Below, in pieces: positions 34,184 through 45,564 of a DNA stretch of 51,373 nucleotides; positions within the stretch are counted from its first letter, which is position 1, and each line of letters starts with the position of its first letter. This DNA comes from Actinomycetes bacterium (GTDB lineage: Bacteria > Actinomycetota > Acidimicrobiia > Acidimicrobiales > JAKAOS01). The translations under genes and the position numbers were made by a program. The stretch lies in the NCBI GenBank assembly GCA_021795215.1, contig JAJYPS010000003.1:1-51373 (forward strand), read 5' to 3'. The notes under the pieces were generated by a model. That model did no database searches and was not told the origin of the DNA. It saw only the letters and a list, made by a program, of their open reading frames with translations.

Positions 34184-35164
34184 TCAGACCGCCTCGGACA
34201 AGCTGAGCGAGAAGTCGCCCGCAGAGTCGGTCCACCAGCGGCGAACGGCGAAACCGGCATCGGAGAGCTCACTCTCCAGAAGCTCCCGGCGGAACTTGCA
34301 GCTGATCTCGGTCCTCATCTCTTCGCCGGCGTGGAATGGAACCGACAGCCCGATCTTCTCCAGATCGACCACCTGGTCCCGCTCGGATCGTAGGCGCATC
34401 TCGATCCACTCCTCCACCGGATCCCAGAGGGCGACGTGGCCGAACCGGCCGTCGTCGAAATTGCCGCCGAGGCCGACGTTGAGCACTCTCAGCAGGTTGC
34501 GGTTGAACTCCGCCGTCACCCCCCCACGGTCGTCGTATGCGCTGAGCAGGCGGACGGGGTCCTTCACCAGGTCGGCTCCCAGGAGCAGGTGCTCGCCGGG
34601 TGCGACGGCACTGCGTAGGTGGGACATGAAAGCGCGCCGCTTCTCCGGCGGCAGGTTGCCCACCGTGCCGCCGAGAAACGCAATCAACCTCCTACCGCCC
34701 GTCGGCAGCAGGCTCAGGTGCTCCTCGAAATCACCCACCACCCCGTGCAGCTCGACGCCGGGGTACGAAGCGGCCAGCCTCGCCATCGCACCTTGGACCG
34801 CCTCCAAGCAGACGTCGAAGCACACATATTTCGTGCCCCTTCCCGAGGCGGTCATGGCGTCGAGCAGCATCGACGTCTTGGCCGAGCTTCCCGACCCCAA
34901 CTCGACCAGCGTGTCTGCGCCAGTCAGTCTCGCCACGTCGACCGCCCGCTGGCCCAGGATCTCCCTCTCCCGCCTGGTCGGGTAGTACTCCTCCAGCTTC
35001 GTGATCTGCTCGAAGAGCTCCGAACCGCGTTCGTCATAGAACCACTTCGGCGGCAGTGCCTTGGGGACCGACCGGAGGCCGTCCCGAGCGTCCCGCTCCA
35101 ACCTCTCGGCAAGGAGCGAGCTGTCCAAGTGAACATCGACGACTTCGGCAGTAGTCCTGATCAA
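34184..35164 (-). CDS. egtD: L-histidine N-alpha-methyltransferase
   Basis: PKALPPKWFYDERGSELFEQIT.LEEYYPTRRE, ELGSGSSAKT, FLGGTVGN, LLGADLVKD, YDDRGGVTAEFN, EMRTEISCKF. Confidence 0.93.
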   Translation of the reverse strand: MIRTTAEVVDVHLDSSLLAERLERDARDGLRSVPKALPPKWFYDERGSELFEQITKLEEYYPTRREREILGQRAVDVARLTGADTLVELGSGSSAKTSMLLDAMTASGRGTKYVCFDVCLEAVQGAMARLAASYPGVELHGVVGDFEEHLSLLPTGGRRLIAFLGGTVGNLPPEKRRAFMSHLRSAVAPGEHLLLGADLVKDPVRLLSAYDDRGGVTAEFNRNLLRVLNVGLGGNFDDGRFGHVALWDPVEEWIEMRLRSERDQVVDLEKIGLSVPFHAGEEMRTEISCKFRRELLESELSDAGFAVRRWWTDSAGDFSLSLSEAV

Positions 35165-35599
35165 GCAGCCCTCCCGGGGACAGGCCGGCTGCAGGGCACG
35201 TCCACGGCCGCCGGCTCGATTCGCCCTAACCTTCCCGAAATCCAATGTTTACATTCCTCTCCGCTGTGGGAGCGACGAGCACGTTCCAGCTGGACCGAGC
35301 CACCGCGGTCCTGTCGCCCGTGAGGATCTCCGTCCAATGCCGGACAGTCGTCCTCGCCCAGCCCGCTGCTTCTCACCGCTTCGGGGTCGGTGCCGTGAAG
35401 CTCGGGCGGTCCCGGCCTTCCGGCGGGACGATGCCCGCCTGCGGGGGACTCGGTGAGGTATCCCGTGCGGCCGAGCACCCGGCCGAGGCATTCTGGACGA
35501 GCAGATTGGCGTGGGAGAGGCCGGGGAGAGGCTCAGGGGTTTCTCAGGTCTTAACAGTTGCCCCTCGAGCAAGGGGCCCAATGTGCCGACACCGCCTAG

Positions 35600-37593
<1,994 letters not shown>

Positions 37594-37597
<4 letters not shown>

Positions 37598-37971
37598 CAT
37601 CGGAACGACACGTACTCGTGGTGGAAGACGATCCGGACATCGCCGGGCTGATCTGCAGACGGCTCCGTTCCCTGGGCCTGTCTTCCAGTCACGTGAGCAC
37701 AGGGGAGGCGGCAGTGCTCGTGGTCAGGGGCGACCCGCCTCAGCTGGTCCTCCTGGACCTCCTGCTTCCGGGCATCAACGGTTGGGACGTCATCGAGGCG
37801 ATCCGATCCGATCCGGCGACGGCGACCATCCCCGTGATCGTCACCACGATGCTAGACCGGGACGGGTTCGAGCACTTGGACGTGCAGGGCTTCCTGGTCA
37901 AGCCGTTTCGCGCGTCAGACCTTGAGCGGTCGATCACTCAGGTGCTCTCGCTTCCCGAGGCTGCCACCTGA
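37594..37971 (+). CDS. Single-domain response regulator
   Basis: VLVVEDD, LVLLDLLLPGING, FLVKPF; ATGA overlap with the kinase. Confidence 0.92.
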
Positions 37972-38065
37972 GCGGCCGGCAGCCCGCTCCGTCGTCTCCG
38001 GCGCCGATGCTGCGCAGCACCGACGCTCCACGGCACCGGCAGGCAACCGTCCACAATGTGGACGA

Positions 38066-38458
38066 CTACCAGGTGCTGCCCACTCCGTCCTGCACGCTTC
38101 CGATCAGTCGCTCCACGGTCGACAGCAGGGCGGAGGCGACGAACGGCTTCGTCAGGTAGATCGCCCCCATCCGTCTTCCCCGGGCGATCTCCTCCTCCTG
38201 GACTCGGGCGCTCAGGAATACCGCCGGTAGCTGGTCGTTGCCCACCAGGTCCCGAAGCCGCTGCAGGAGCTGCATGCCGTCCATGCCCGGAAGGCCCACG
38301 TCCAGTATCGCCACCTCCGGAGCACCCTTTTCCCGGACCACCTCCAGGGCCGCCTCGGCGTTGCCTGCAGCCACCACCGCATGCCGGGCTCTCTGGAGTC
38401 GCTTGACAACCAGGTCCAGGATGTCGGGATCGTCTTCCACCACCAACAGCCGCGCCAT
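38066..38458 (-). CDS. Single-domain response regulator
   Basis: MARLLVVEDD, AILDVGLPGMDG, FLSA, YLTKPF. Confidence 0.9.
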   Translation of the reverse strand: MARLLVVEDDPDILDLVVKRLQRARHAVVAAGNAEAALEVVREKGAPEVAILDVGLPGMDGMQLLQRLRDLVGNDQLPAVFLSARVQEEEIARGRRMGAIYLTKPFVASALLSTVERLIGSVQDGVGSTW

Positions 38459-38508
38459 CTCCCTGTCCTTCCCGCGGCATCGACACGCGCCCGCTGACAA
38501 TAGCCCAT

Positions 38509-38574
38509 GCCGGCAGGCCGAGCGCGCCATGTCTGCAGGCCGAGAGCGCCCTGCCGGCAGGCCGAGAGCGCCCT
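38509..38574. repeat. 3 x 22-bp tandem repeat G(C/T)C(G/T)GCAGGCCGAG(A/C)GCGCC(C/A)T
   Basis: Units at 38509, 38531 and 38553, upstream of the minus-strand receiver gene. Confidence 0.9.
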
Positions 38575-38862
38575 GCCTCTGCTGGTCCCTTTCTGTGGTC
38601 CGCATCCATCCGTGCCTCTGTTGGTCCACATCCGTCGCGGGCTCCCTCTGTCGGTCCCCGTCAGTCAGTCGTACCGGTCATCGTTTGCCTCTATCGGCTG
38701 ATGGGCATATGTCTCTCGTGGTCAGTTCCGGTCGTCTCGTCTGCGAAGATGGCCGTCGGAGTGTCGTCGGGAGGCCGAAGGCTGGAGGTGACCAGGCGCT
38801 CGGATGACCCCGGGCGCCCTAATCGGGTCCTGTTCGGATCCGGAACAGAAGGAGCATCAGCG

Positions 38863-39024
38863 ATGGGCGCCATACTGTTGGCATTTCTTGTGGTACTCAT
38901 ACTGTTCGGTCTCGGATTCGCGATCCACCTGCTTTGGATCGCCGCAGTGATCCTCTTTCTGCTGTGGATCATCGGTTTCTTCATCCGGGGCATAGAAGGC
39001 AAGCGGTGGTACGGGCGATGGTGA
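38863..39024 (+). CDS. Small hydrophobic membrane protein (actinobacterial type ending RWYGRW)
   Basis: 53 aa, two hydrophobic helices, AAGGAG RBS; resembles conserved small actinobacterial proteins ending ..RWYRW. Confidence 0.75.
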   Translation: MGAILLAFLVVLILFGLGFAIHLLWIAAVILFLLWIIGFFIRGIEGKRWYGRW

Positions 39025-39054
39025 ACCCGTGACCGAGCTCTGATCCCGCTCGTC

Positions 39055-39095
39055 CCACCCAGCCCGGTCGAGGTTCTCGAGCCCGGGCTGGGTGG
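39055..39095. terminator. Long GC-rich hairpin between the convergent small ORF and tRNA (possible bidirectional terminator)
   Basis: CCACCCAGCCCGG/CCGGGCTGGGTGG outer stem plus TCGAG-GTT-CTCGA inner stem; no U-tract. Confidence 0.5.
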
Positions 39096-39157
39096 AGTTC
39101 GTTCGCGTCGAAGAAGTGCGTTGCTCGACCGGACGGACCGACTGTGAAGTGCCGCTG

Positions 39158-39229
39158 AGGCGGCGCCGGGAATCGAACCCGGGTACAGGGCTTTGCAGGC
39201 CCTTGCCTAAACCACTCGGCCACGCCGCC
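39158..39229 (-). tRNA. tRNA-Cys (GCA)
   Basis: GGCGGCG acceptor stem, GCCGAGTGGTTTAGGC D-arm, AGGGC-CTGCAAA-GCCCT anticodon arm, CCGGG-TTCGATT-CCCGG T-arm, U73; CCA not encoded. Confidence 0.97.
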
Positions 39230-39353
39230 GTGCCCAGCGCTGGGCTGCCGTGCCAACTTAGCGTCCCGATGGTCGCCATGCGAGCGGCCGGGCGCGACCG
39301 CAACAGGCCGGCCGACCGAAACAGCCGGCTGAGCCGTCTTAAGCTCCGACCGA

Positions 39354-39878
39354 ATGCGTTCCCGAACCAAGGTCGTGCTGGCGTCGACGGCGGTGGTGAT
39401 CCTGTCGGTGGCCACGGTGGTGCCGGCGCTGACGCAGCCGACGGTGAAGGTGGGCACCGCCCTTCCGACAGGAGCCCGGTTCACGACCGCCGCAGCCGCA
39501 TTTGCACCGCTCGATGCGAAGGCGCTGGTTCCGCCCAACATTCTCGACGCCCTTCCGCTCCCCCGCCGCTCAGTTTCGACCGCTCTGCGCAACCTGGACC
39601 AGGGCAAGGGCGTGTTCGACCGCTCCGTCACGTTCCGGACGATGATGCCCTATCAGACGCTGTCGAAGGCATACCCCGTCGCCTTTCACAGAGACGGGTG
39701 GGTGGTCCTCTCCGTGTCCCGACCCCACTCCGGCTCGGGCGTGGAGGTGTTGGCGAAAAAGGCCGGGGCGGACGGCTTCTACTGGGAGGCGGGGGCCGTC
39801 ATACCACAGCCGGGGACGCCTGGGGCTTCCTCGCCGGTCAGGTTCACGCTGCGCCTCTTCCAAGTGCAAGAGGCTTGA
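39354..39878 (+). CDS. Hypothetical secreted/membrane-anchored protein
   Basis: N-terminal basic plus hydrophobic signal; high GC3; no recognised domain. Confidence 0.65.
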   Translation: MRSRTKVVLASTAVVILSVATVVPALTQPTVKVGTALPTGARFTTAAAAFAPLDAKALVPPNILDALPLPRRSVSTALRNLDQGKGVFDRSVTFRTMMPYQTLSKAYPVAFHRDGWVVLSVSRPHSGSGVEVLAKKAGADGFYWEAGAVIPQPGTPGASSPVRFTLRLFQVQEA

Positions 39879-39908
39879 CGAGGCCGGGCTCCCGCTAGAA
39901 CTCCTGCG

Positions 39909-41213
39909 GTGCCCTTCCGTTCTCCGCCCGGTGCGTCAAGTGGGCTCCGTTTCCACGGCGACGGAGAAGGCACTTACGACGTGGTGGTGATCGGGGCGGG
40001 TCCTGCCGGAAGCGTGGCGGCGAAGGTGCTCGCCGAAGGTGGAGCCAAGGTGGCCCTCGTGGACAAGGCTCGGTTCCCACGTGACAAGGCGTGCGGGGAC
40101 GTGGTCGGGCCACGAGCGGTGTCCCTGCTGAGCGACCGTTATGGCAGCTTTGCAGCCTGGACCAAGCCGGTCGGGGACATGGACGTGGTCGGTCCCGGCG
40201 GGGGGCGGGTTCGGCTGCCGGCGCGTCCGGGCAGGGACTTCCCCGCAGGTGGCTGGGCGGTGCCCAGGACGATCCTGGACAAGTTGCTGTACGACGAGGC
40301 GGTGGGGTCGGGCGCGGAGCCGTTGCACGGCCGCTTCGGCGGGATGGTCAGCGCTGGAGGCCTGCAGGTGGTGAACCTGGACGGTGGCAGGCGCCTGTCG
40401 GCGGAGTTCGTGATCGGTGCGGACGGAGCCACCTCGGCGGTCGCCAGCTCGAATGGCATGGTCGACCCTGCGCGGGTGCTGTGGGGATTCGCCACCCGCT
40501 GCTACTTGGAGCAAGAGGTCCCGGTGCCGCTGATCTCCTTCTGGGAGGAAGCGCCCGGGCGCAGCTTTCCGGGGTACGGATGGCTGTTCCCTGGTCCGGA
40601 CGGCTACGCGAACGCCGGCCTGGGCATAGGAACGGGACACAGCCGGGAAGGTGCTTCCCGTGCCGTCCACCGCTTGGACAGCTTCTTGGACCATCTGAGG
40701 AGGGCGGGGCATGTCGGTGCCGCCGCGCCGGCGCGGCGGATGGGGGGATGGTTGAAGATGGGCATGGTGGGGACCCGCCCGGCCCGCGGCAGGATTCTCT
40801 TGGTAGGAGACGCCGCAGGCCTGGTGAACCCTCTGCAAGGGGAAGGGATCGCCCAGGCGGTCGGCAGCGCGGTTGCCGCCTCGGAGGCGATCCTCTCCGA
40901 CACCGGCAACGCTGCGGGCACCTACATGGCGTGGCTGCGCAAGGAGGCGGCGTTCCAGGGGTCGACAGCAGTCCTTCACCAAGCGCTGCTGCCCCACCCC
41001 CGGGTCGTATCGGCACTGAGTCGGGTGCTCACCTGGAACGCCCTGGGCAGCAGGTTGGGAGAGCCCTGGGGCCTCTACTGGAACGACCTGACCGGAGGCG
41101 CCCATCCGGGCCCTGCGCGTACGATGGCGGCCACGGCCGGAACAGCGGTCCGAGTGTTGACGTCCACGTCGGCTGCCAGACGGTCCCTCGCGAAGGAGCT
41201 TCGCTGGGCCTGA
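39909..41213 (+). CDS. Geranylgeranyl reductase-family FAD oxidoreductase
   Basis: YDVVVIGAGPAGS, FPRDKACGD, VIGADGATS, GYGWLFP, LVGDAAGLVNPLQGEGI. Confidence 0.9.
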   Translation: MPFRSPPGASSGLRFHGDGEGTYDVVVIGAGPAGSVAAKVLAEGGAKVALVDKARFPRDKACGDVVGPRAVSLLSDRYGSFAAWTKPVGDMDVVGPGGGRVRLPARPGRDFPAGGWAVPRTILDKLLYDEAVGSGAEPLHGRFGGMVSAGGLQVVNLDGGRRLSAEFVIGADGATSAVASSNGMVDPARVLWGFATRCYLEQEVPVPLISFWEEAPGRSFPGYGWLFPGPDGYANAGLGIGTGHSREGASRAVHRLDSFLDHLRRAGHVGAAAPARRMGGWLKMGMVGTRPARGRILLVGDAAGLVNPLQGEGIAQAVGSAVAASEAILSDTGNAAGTYMAWLRKEAAFQGSTAVLHQALLPHPRVVSALSRVLTWNALGSRLGEPWGLYWNDLTGGAHPGPARTMAATAGTAVRVLTSTSAARRSLAKELRWA

Positions 41214-41263
41214 AACGGCGCCGGCCATACCTGCCCGGAAAAGGACCCGTCCGGAGGACCGGT

Positions 41264-41320
41264 TAGCAAGGTTAGTTCGGAATAGCAAGGTCAGTGCGGA
41301 ATAGCAAGGTCAGTTCGGAA
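41264..41320. repeat. 3 x 19-bp tandem repeat TAGCAAGGT(T/C)AGT(T/G)CGGAA
   Basis: Units at 41264, 41283 and 41302 plus a partial GATCAGTTCTGAA; directly upstream of the gad RBS. Confidence 0.93.
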
Positions 41321-41348
41321 GATCAGTTCTGAAGGCCAAGGAGGCCAT

Positions 41349-42821
41349 GTGCTCGCTCGTCAAGTCCAGGCGGAATCGACCGAGGCGGCGCCGCTCACTC
41401 CTGCGTACGCCTCGCGGGCGCTGCAGAGCCCCGTCTCCCGCTACAGGTTGCCGAAGGACGGTATGGAGCCGAGCTTGGCCTACCAGCTGATCCACGACGA
41501 GCTTCAGCTCGACGGCAATCCGGAGCTGAACCTGGCAAGCTTCGTGACGACCTGGATGGAGCCCGAGGCGGACCGACTGATGGCAGAGTCGGCGGGACGC
41601 AATTACGTCGACGCCGACGAGTACCCCCGGACGACGGAGATCCACAACCGCTGCGTGAACATCCTTGCCGACCTCTTCCACGCTCCAGAGGCGGTGGGCA
41701 CGGCGACCGTCGGATCGTCCGAGGCGATCCACCTGGCCGGTCTGGCGCTCAAGTGGCGCTGGAGGGCCAGGAGAGAGGCGAGGGGACTGCCCGGCACGCG
41801 GCCGAACATCGTCATGGGAGCCAACGTGCAGGTGTGCTGGGAGAAGTTCGCCCGCTACTTCGAGGTGGAGCCGCGGTACGTACCGCTTCGGGAGCCGCGA
41901 TACGTGCTGGGAGTGGAGGAGGCGGTCGGGCTGGTGGACGAGAACACCATCGCGGTCGTGGCGATTCTCGGCAGCACGTACACCGGCGAGTACGAGCCGG
42001 TCGAGGAGCTGGACCGGGCGCTGTCCGAGCTGGCGGCGAAAGGGGGGCCGGACGTCCCGATCCACGTGGACGGGGCTAGCGGCGGCTTTGTGGCTCCTTT
42101 CTCCACACCGGACCTGCGCTGGGACTTCCGCCTGGACCGTGTTCGGTCGATCAACGTGTCCGGGCACAAGTACGGGCTGGTGTACCCCGGCGTCGGCTGG
42201 GCGCTGTGGCGCACCGCCGAGGACCTGCCCGACGAGCTGGTGTTCCACGTCAACTACCTCGGAGCCGACCAGCCGACGTTCAACCTGAACTTCTCACGAG
42301 GTGCGTCGCAGATACTGGCGCAGTACTACAACTTCCTCCGACTGGGCCGATCCGGCTACTCCCAGGTGATCGGGGCGCTGTCCGACACCGCCTCCTACCT
42401 GACGGAGCAGCTGTCGGCCACCGGAGACTTCCAGATCCTCTCCAAGCCTGGGACCCTGCCGGTGGTGTGCTTCGGGCTGTCGGGCGATCCCGGTTTCACG
42501 GTGTTCGACGTGTCGGCCCACCTGAGGGCCAGGGGGTGGATCGTTCCCGCATACACCCTCGCACCGGACGCCTCGGACGTGAGTGTGCTGAGGATCGTGG
42601 TGCGCGAAGGGCTGTCCCGGGACATGGCGGACCTGCTGCTGGGAGACCTGTCGGCCACGGTCGCAGCACTGACCGGAATGGCCCGCTCGTCGCAACAGGA
42701 TGGGACGGGGGCGGTAGAACACTGTTCCCGTCACGCCCGGGGCCGGGCGCTCGGCACTCCGAGAGCGGCTGAGCACAGCCGCCACCCGACCCAGAAGCCC
42801 GGTACTCAGGGCGTCTGCTGA
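41349..42821 (+). CDS. gadB: Glutamate decarboxylase (PLP)
   Basis: LDGNPELNLASFVTTWME, TVGSSEA, CWEKFARYF, IHVDGASGG, SINVSGHKYGLVYPG, NFSRGASQILAQYYNF. Confidence 0.93.
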   Translation: MLARQVQAESTEAAPLTPAYASRALQSPVSRYRLPKDGMEPSLAYQLIHDELQLDGNPELNLASFVTTWMEPEADRLMAESAGRNYVDADEYPRTTEIHNRCVNILADLFHAPEAVGTATVGSSEAIHLAGLALKWRWRARREARGLPGTRPNIVMGANVQVCWEKFARYFEVEPRYVPLREPRYVLGVEEAVGLVDENTIAVVAILGSTYTGEYEPVEELDRALSELAAKGGPDVPIHVDGASGGFVAPFSTPDLRWDFRLDRVRSINVSGHKYGLVYPGVGWALWRTAEDLPDELVFHVNYLGADQPTFNLNFSRGASQILAQYYNFLRLGRSGYSQVIGALSDTASYLTEQLSATGDFQILSKPGTLPVVCFGLSGDPGFTVFDVSAHLRARGWIVPAYTLAPDASDVSVLRIVVREGLSRDMADLLLGDLSATVAALTGMARSSQQDGTGAVEHCSRHARGRALGTPRAAEHSRHPTQKPGTQGVC

Positions 42822-42833
42822 GCCGGACGTCGC

Positions 42834-43454
42834 TCACCGGGGGGCGCTGCCCGGTCCCCCGGTGCCGGGCGGAGGCGAACCGGCTGGATCGGCCTGCGGC
42901 CGGTCGGAGGGCAGTGCGGGCAGTCCGTCGATGCTGACGGCGTTGTTCAGGGAGCGGTAGGTCTGCAACCCGTCCTGGCCCTTGCGCTGCGACCAATGGT
43001 CCAGGTCCTCCCGCTCCCCTTCGAACGCCATCAACGGCACGCCGTAGCCGCAGGAGCTGGCGATCCTGTCCACCGCGACGCTGACGATGGCACGTGCTCC
43101 CAGCCGGTCGGGCAGGAACTTACCTTCGACCAGGGCGAAGTCCCGCTCCCCCGGCAGAAGCAGCGTGCCGCGGCCCTGCAGGCGCACGATCCTGGGAGGC
43201 CCCTGGAAGGCGCAGAACATCAGGGTCACACGGCCGTTCTCCCGGATGTGAGCCGCCGTCTCCGCCCCGCTGCCGGTGAGATCCAGGTAGGCCACCTGGG
43301 ACGTTCCGAGGATGGCGAAGGTGTCCTTCAGCCCCTTCGGAGAGCAGTTGACGTGGCCGTCCGGCGACAGCGGGGCGGTCGCGACGAAGAACACCGGCTG
43401 GTCCAAGAGGAACTTGGCAAGGCGGTCGTCGATGCCACCCTTTATGACGCCCAT
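42834..43454 (-). CDS. Pyridoxamine 5'-phosphate oxidase-like FMN-binding protein
   Basis: QPVFFVATAP...HVNCSPKG...YLDLTGSGAETAAH..ENGRVTLMFCAF.GPPRIVRL...SSCGYGVP. Confidence 0.88.
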   Translation of the reverse strand: MGVIKGGIDDRLAKFLLDQPVFFVATAPLSPDGHVNCSPKGLKDTFAILGTSQVAYLDLTGSGAETAAHIRENGRVTLMFCAFQGPPRIVRLQGRGTLLLPGERDFALVEGKFLPDRLGARAIVSVAVDRIASSCGYGVPLMAFEGEREDLDHWSQRKGQDGLQTYRSLNNAVSIDGLPALPSDRPQADPAGSPPPGTGGPGSAPR

Positions 43455-43558
43455 TCGGCCATTGTTGCAGACGGCGGCCGTAGACTGGCGAACAAGTGGG
43501 ATGCGGGCCGGCAAGCGGGCCGGGCGTTGCGGCCAACCTACAGGAGAGGCAGCTCCCT

Positions 43559-44521
43559 TTGAGACGAGTCGGATCGACAGCGACGGCGACGGTTCTCCAC
43601 TCCAACGACCCGTGCTGGTGCGGCAGCGGGAAGAAGTACAAGAGGTGCCACCGGACGTCGGCCGACCGGGTGCGCCCGGGGGTGCTGAGCGCTGCCCGCG
43701 AAGTACCGGCCGGCATTGCTCGTCCTGACTATGCTCTCAATCCCGCCGGCCGGCCAGGTTCGAGCGACGAACCGATGGTACGCAGCGCCGAAGTCATCGA
43801 GGCGATGCGGATCGCGGGCAGGGCTGCGGCGGAGGTGCTGGCGGAGGCGGGGGCCGCCGTGTCGCCGGGTGTGACGACCGACGAGATCGATGCGGTGGTC
43901 CATGCAGCGTGCATCGAGAGAGGTGCCTACCCGAGCCCGCTCGGATACCACGGCTACCCGAAGTCGGTTTGCACGTCGGTCAACGAAGTGATCTGCCACG
44001 GAATCCCGGACAACCGACCCCTGGCTGACGGTGAGATCGTGAACCTGGACGTGACGCTGTACATGGGCGGCGTGCACGGCGACACCAACGCCACGTTCCC
44101 CGTAGGCCAGATCGACGAACGGTCGCAGAACCTGATCTCGGTCACGAGGAGGTGCCTCGAGCTGGGGATCGAGGCGGTGAAGCCGGGGCGACCGATCTCC
44201 GACATCGGACGGGCAATCCAAACCCATGCGGAGGAGAACGGGTACGGCGTGGTGCGGGCGTTCGTGGGGCACGGCATAGGACGCGGCTTCCACACTCCGC
44301 CAAGCGTCCCGCACTACTTCGACTCCCGAGCGACGACCGTGATGGAGCCGGGGATGACGTTCACGATCGAGCCGATGATCACCATGGGCGACTGGCGGCA
44401 CGTGATGTGGGAGGACGGATGGACGGCCGTGACGGCGGACGGCAGGCGGACGGCTCAGTTCGAGCACACGCTGCTGGTGACAGAGGAAGGGGCCGAGGTC
44501 CTGACCCGGCTCCCCGGCTGA
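43559..44521 (+). CDS. map: Type I methionine aminopeptidase with N-terminal SEC-C zinc motif
   Basis: NDPCWCGSGKKYKRCH; CTSVNEVICHGIPD, NLDVT, GDT, GHGIG, FTIEPM, AQFEHT. TTG start after AGGAGAGG. Confidence 0.92.
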   Translation: MRRVGSTATATVLHSNDPCWCGSGKKYKRCHRTSADRVRPGVLSAAREVPAGIARPDYALNPAGRPGSSDEPMVRSAEVIEAMRIAGRAAAEVLAEAGAAVSPGVTTDEIDAVVHAACIERGAYPSPLGYHGYPKSVCTSVNEVICHGIPDNRPLADGEIVNLDVTLYMGGVHGDTNATFPVGQIDERSQNLISVTRRCLELGIEAVKPGRPISDIGRAIQTHAEENGYGVVRAFVGHGIGRGFHTPPSVPHYFDSRATTVMEPGMTFTIEPMITMGDWRHVMWEDGWTAVTADGRRTAQFEHTLLVTEEGAEVLTRLPG

Positions 44522-44653
44522 AGCACTCGGCTGAACGCACCCGGACCGCGGCGCTCAGCGCCACGCAGGCAACGGGACTCGACCCGGCAGTTCGGGGTGG
44601 AAGGCCAATCCGACGGTGCTTCCATCCGGGCCGTTCGCCGAGACTGCCGGGAG

Positions 44654-45325
44654 TCAGGCCCCGTGGACGGCCATCGCCTGGCGAATGCTCCCCAGAGCGT
44701 CCAGCGGAAGGTCTTTCGCTCCGCCGATGGCCCGTCCGGTGAGTTCTGCTTCGGCCGCCTCCTCCAGTACCGCCAGCAGAGCTGCGGCCGCCAGAGGCGA
44801 CTCGCCTACGACCAACACCCCGTGGTTTCCGAGCAGCACCGCCTTCGTCCCCGGTTCCTGCCGGAAGGCGTCGACGATTCCGGACACCGAAGCATCGCTG
44901 CCTCGAGGCGCCCACGGCACGACCGGCACGTCGACCGCCTGACCGAAGCGGAGCAGCGCCTCGTACCTGGCCGGGAGAACCTGGTTGGCCATGGCGAACG
45001 ACAGGAGCCAGGGGGCATGAGTGTGGACGATGCCGCCCACTTCCGGCCGCAGGCGATAGACCCGGGAGTGCATCTCCACTATCTCCTGGTTGGTCGGGTC
45101 CAGCATCCCTTCGATGGCGGTTCCGTCCAGTCCGACCACTGCCATGTCGGAAGGTGTCACATCCCGTACCATCCCGCTGGTGGTGAGCAGCATCCGGTCG
45201 TCGCTCGCACGGGCGCTCAGGTTGGCGTGCCCGGACCGAGACAGCACGCTCGTCTCTTCCAGCCGGCGGATGGCGGCGACGACCTCCTGGCGCTCGGCGC
45301 CGTAGCTGAGAGTGCTGCCGGACAT
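44654..45325 (-). CDS. Class II aldolase/adducin-family protein
   Basis: GHANLSAR, EMHSRVY, IVHTHAP, LLGNHGV. Confidence 0.88.
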   Translation of the reverse strand: MSGSTLSYGAERQEVVAAIRRLEETSVLSRSGHANLSARASDDRMLLTTSGMVRDVTPSDMAVVGLDGTAIEGMLDPTNQEIVEMHSRVYRLRPEVGGIVHTHAPWLLSFAMANQVLPARYEALLRFGQAVDVPVVPWAPRGSDASVSGIVDAFRQEPGTKAVLLGNHGVLVVGESPLAAAALLAVLEEAAEAELTGRAIGGAKDLPLDALGSIRQAMAVHGA

Positions 45326-45564
45326 CCCAACCTCCCCTATCTCGATCGATCAGAGCCCCGTAGACGAAGTGTCTCGGGAACGTTAGTTACAACCGCAACC
45401 ACTACGTCGGTATTCCGGTGTCGTGGGGCCGGTGTCGGGGAGGGGGACCGTGCTCGACGCCCTCCGGTGTGGGAGGGCCGGTGCGGGAGGAGCAGGTGTC
45501 GGAGGTTCAGTGTCGGAGGGGCACCGTGCCAGACGCCAGTCCGGTGCTTCCGGCGGCGCTGGGG

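Noticed and set aside
35330-35460. SAM-IV riboswitch upstream of egtD
   Set aside because: CGACUGUCCGGCA resembles part of SAM-IV, but the GUCAUGAG, GGCAACC and downstream blocks are absent.
39158-39229. tRNA-Cys as an island integration site
   Set aside because: I found no second copy of its 3' end by eye, no integrase, and the flanking genes look core.
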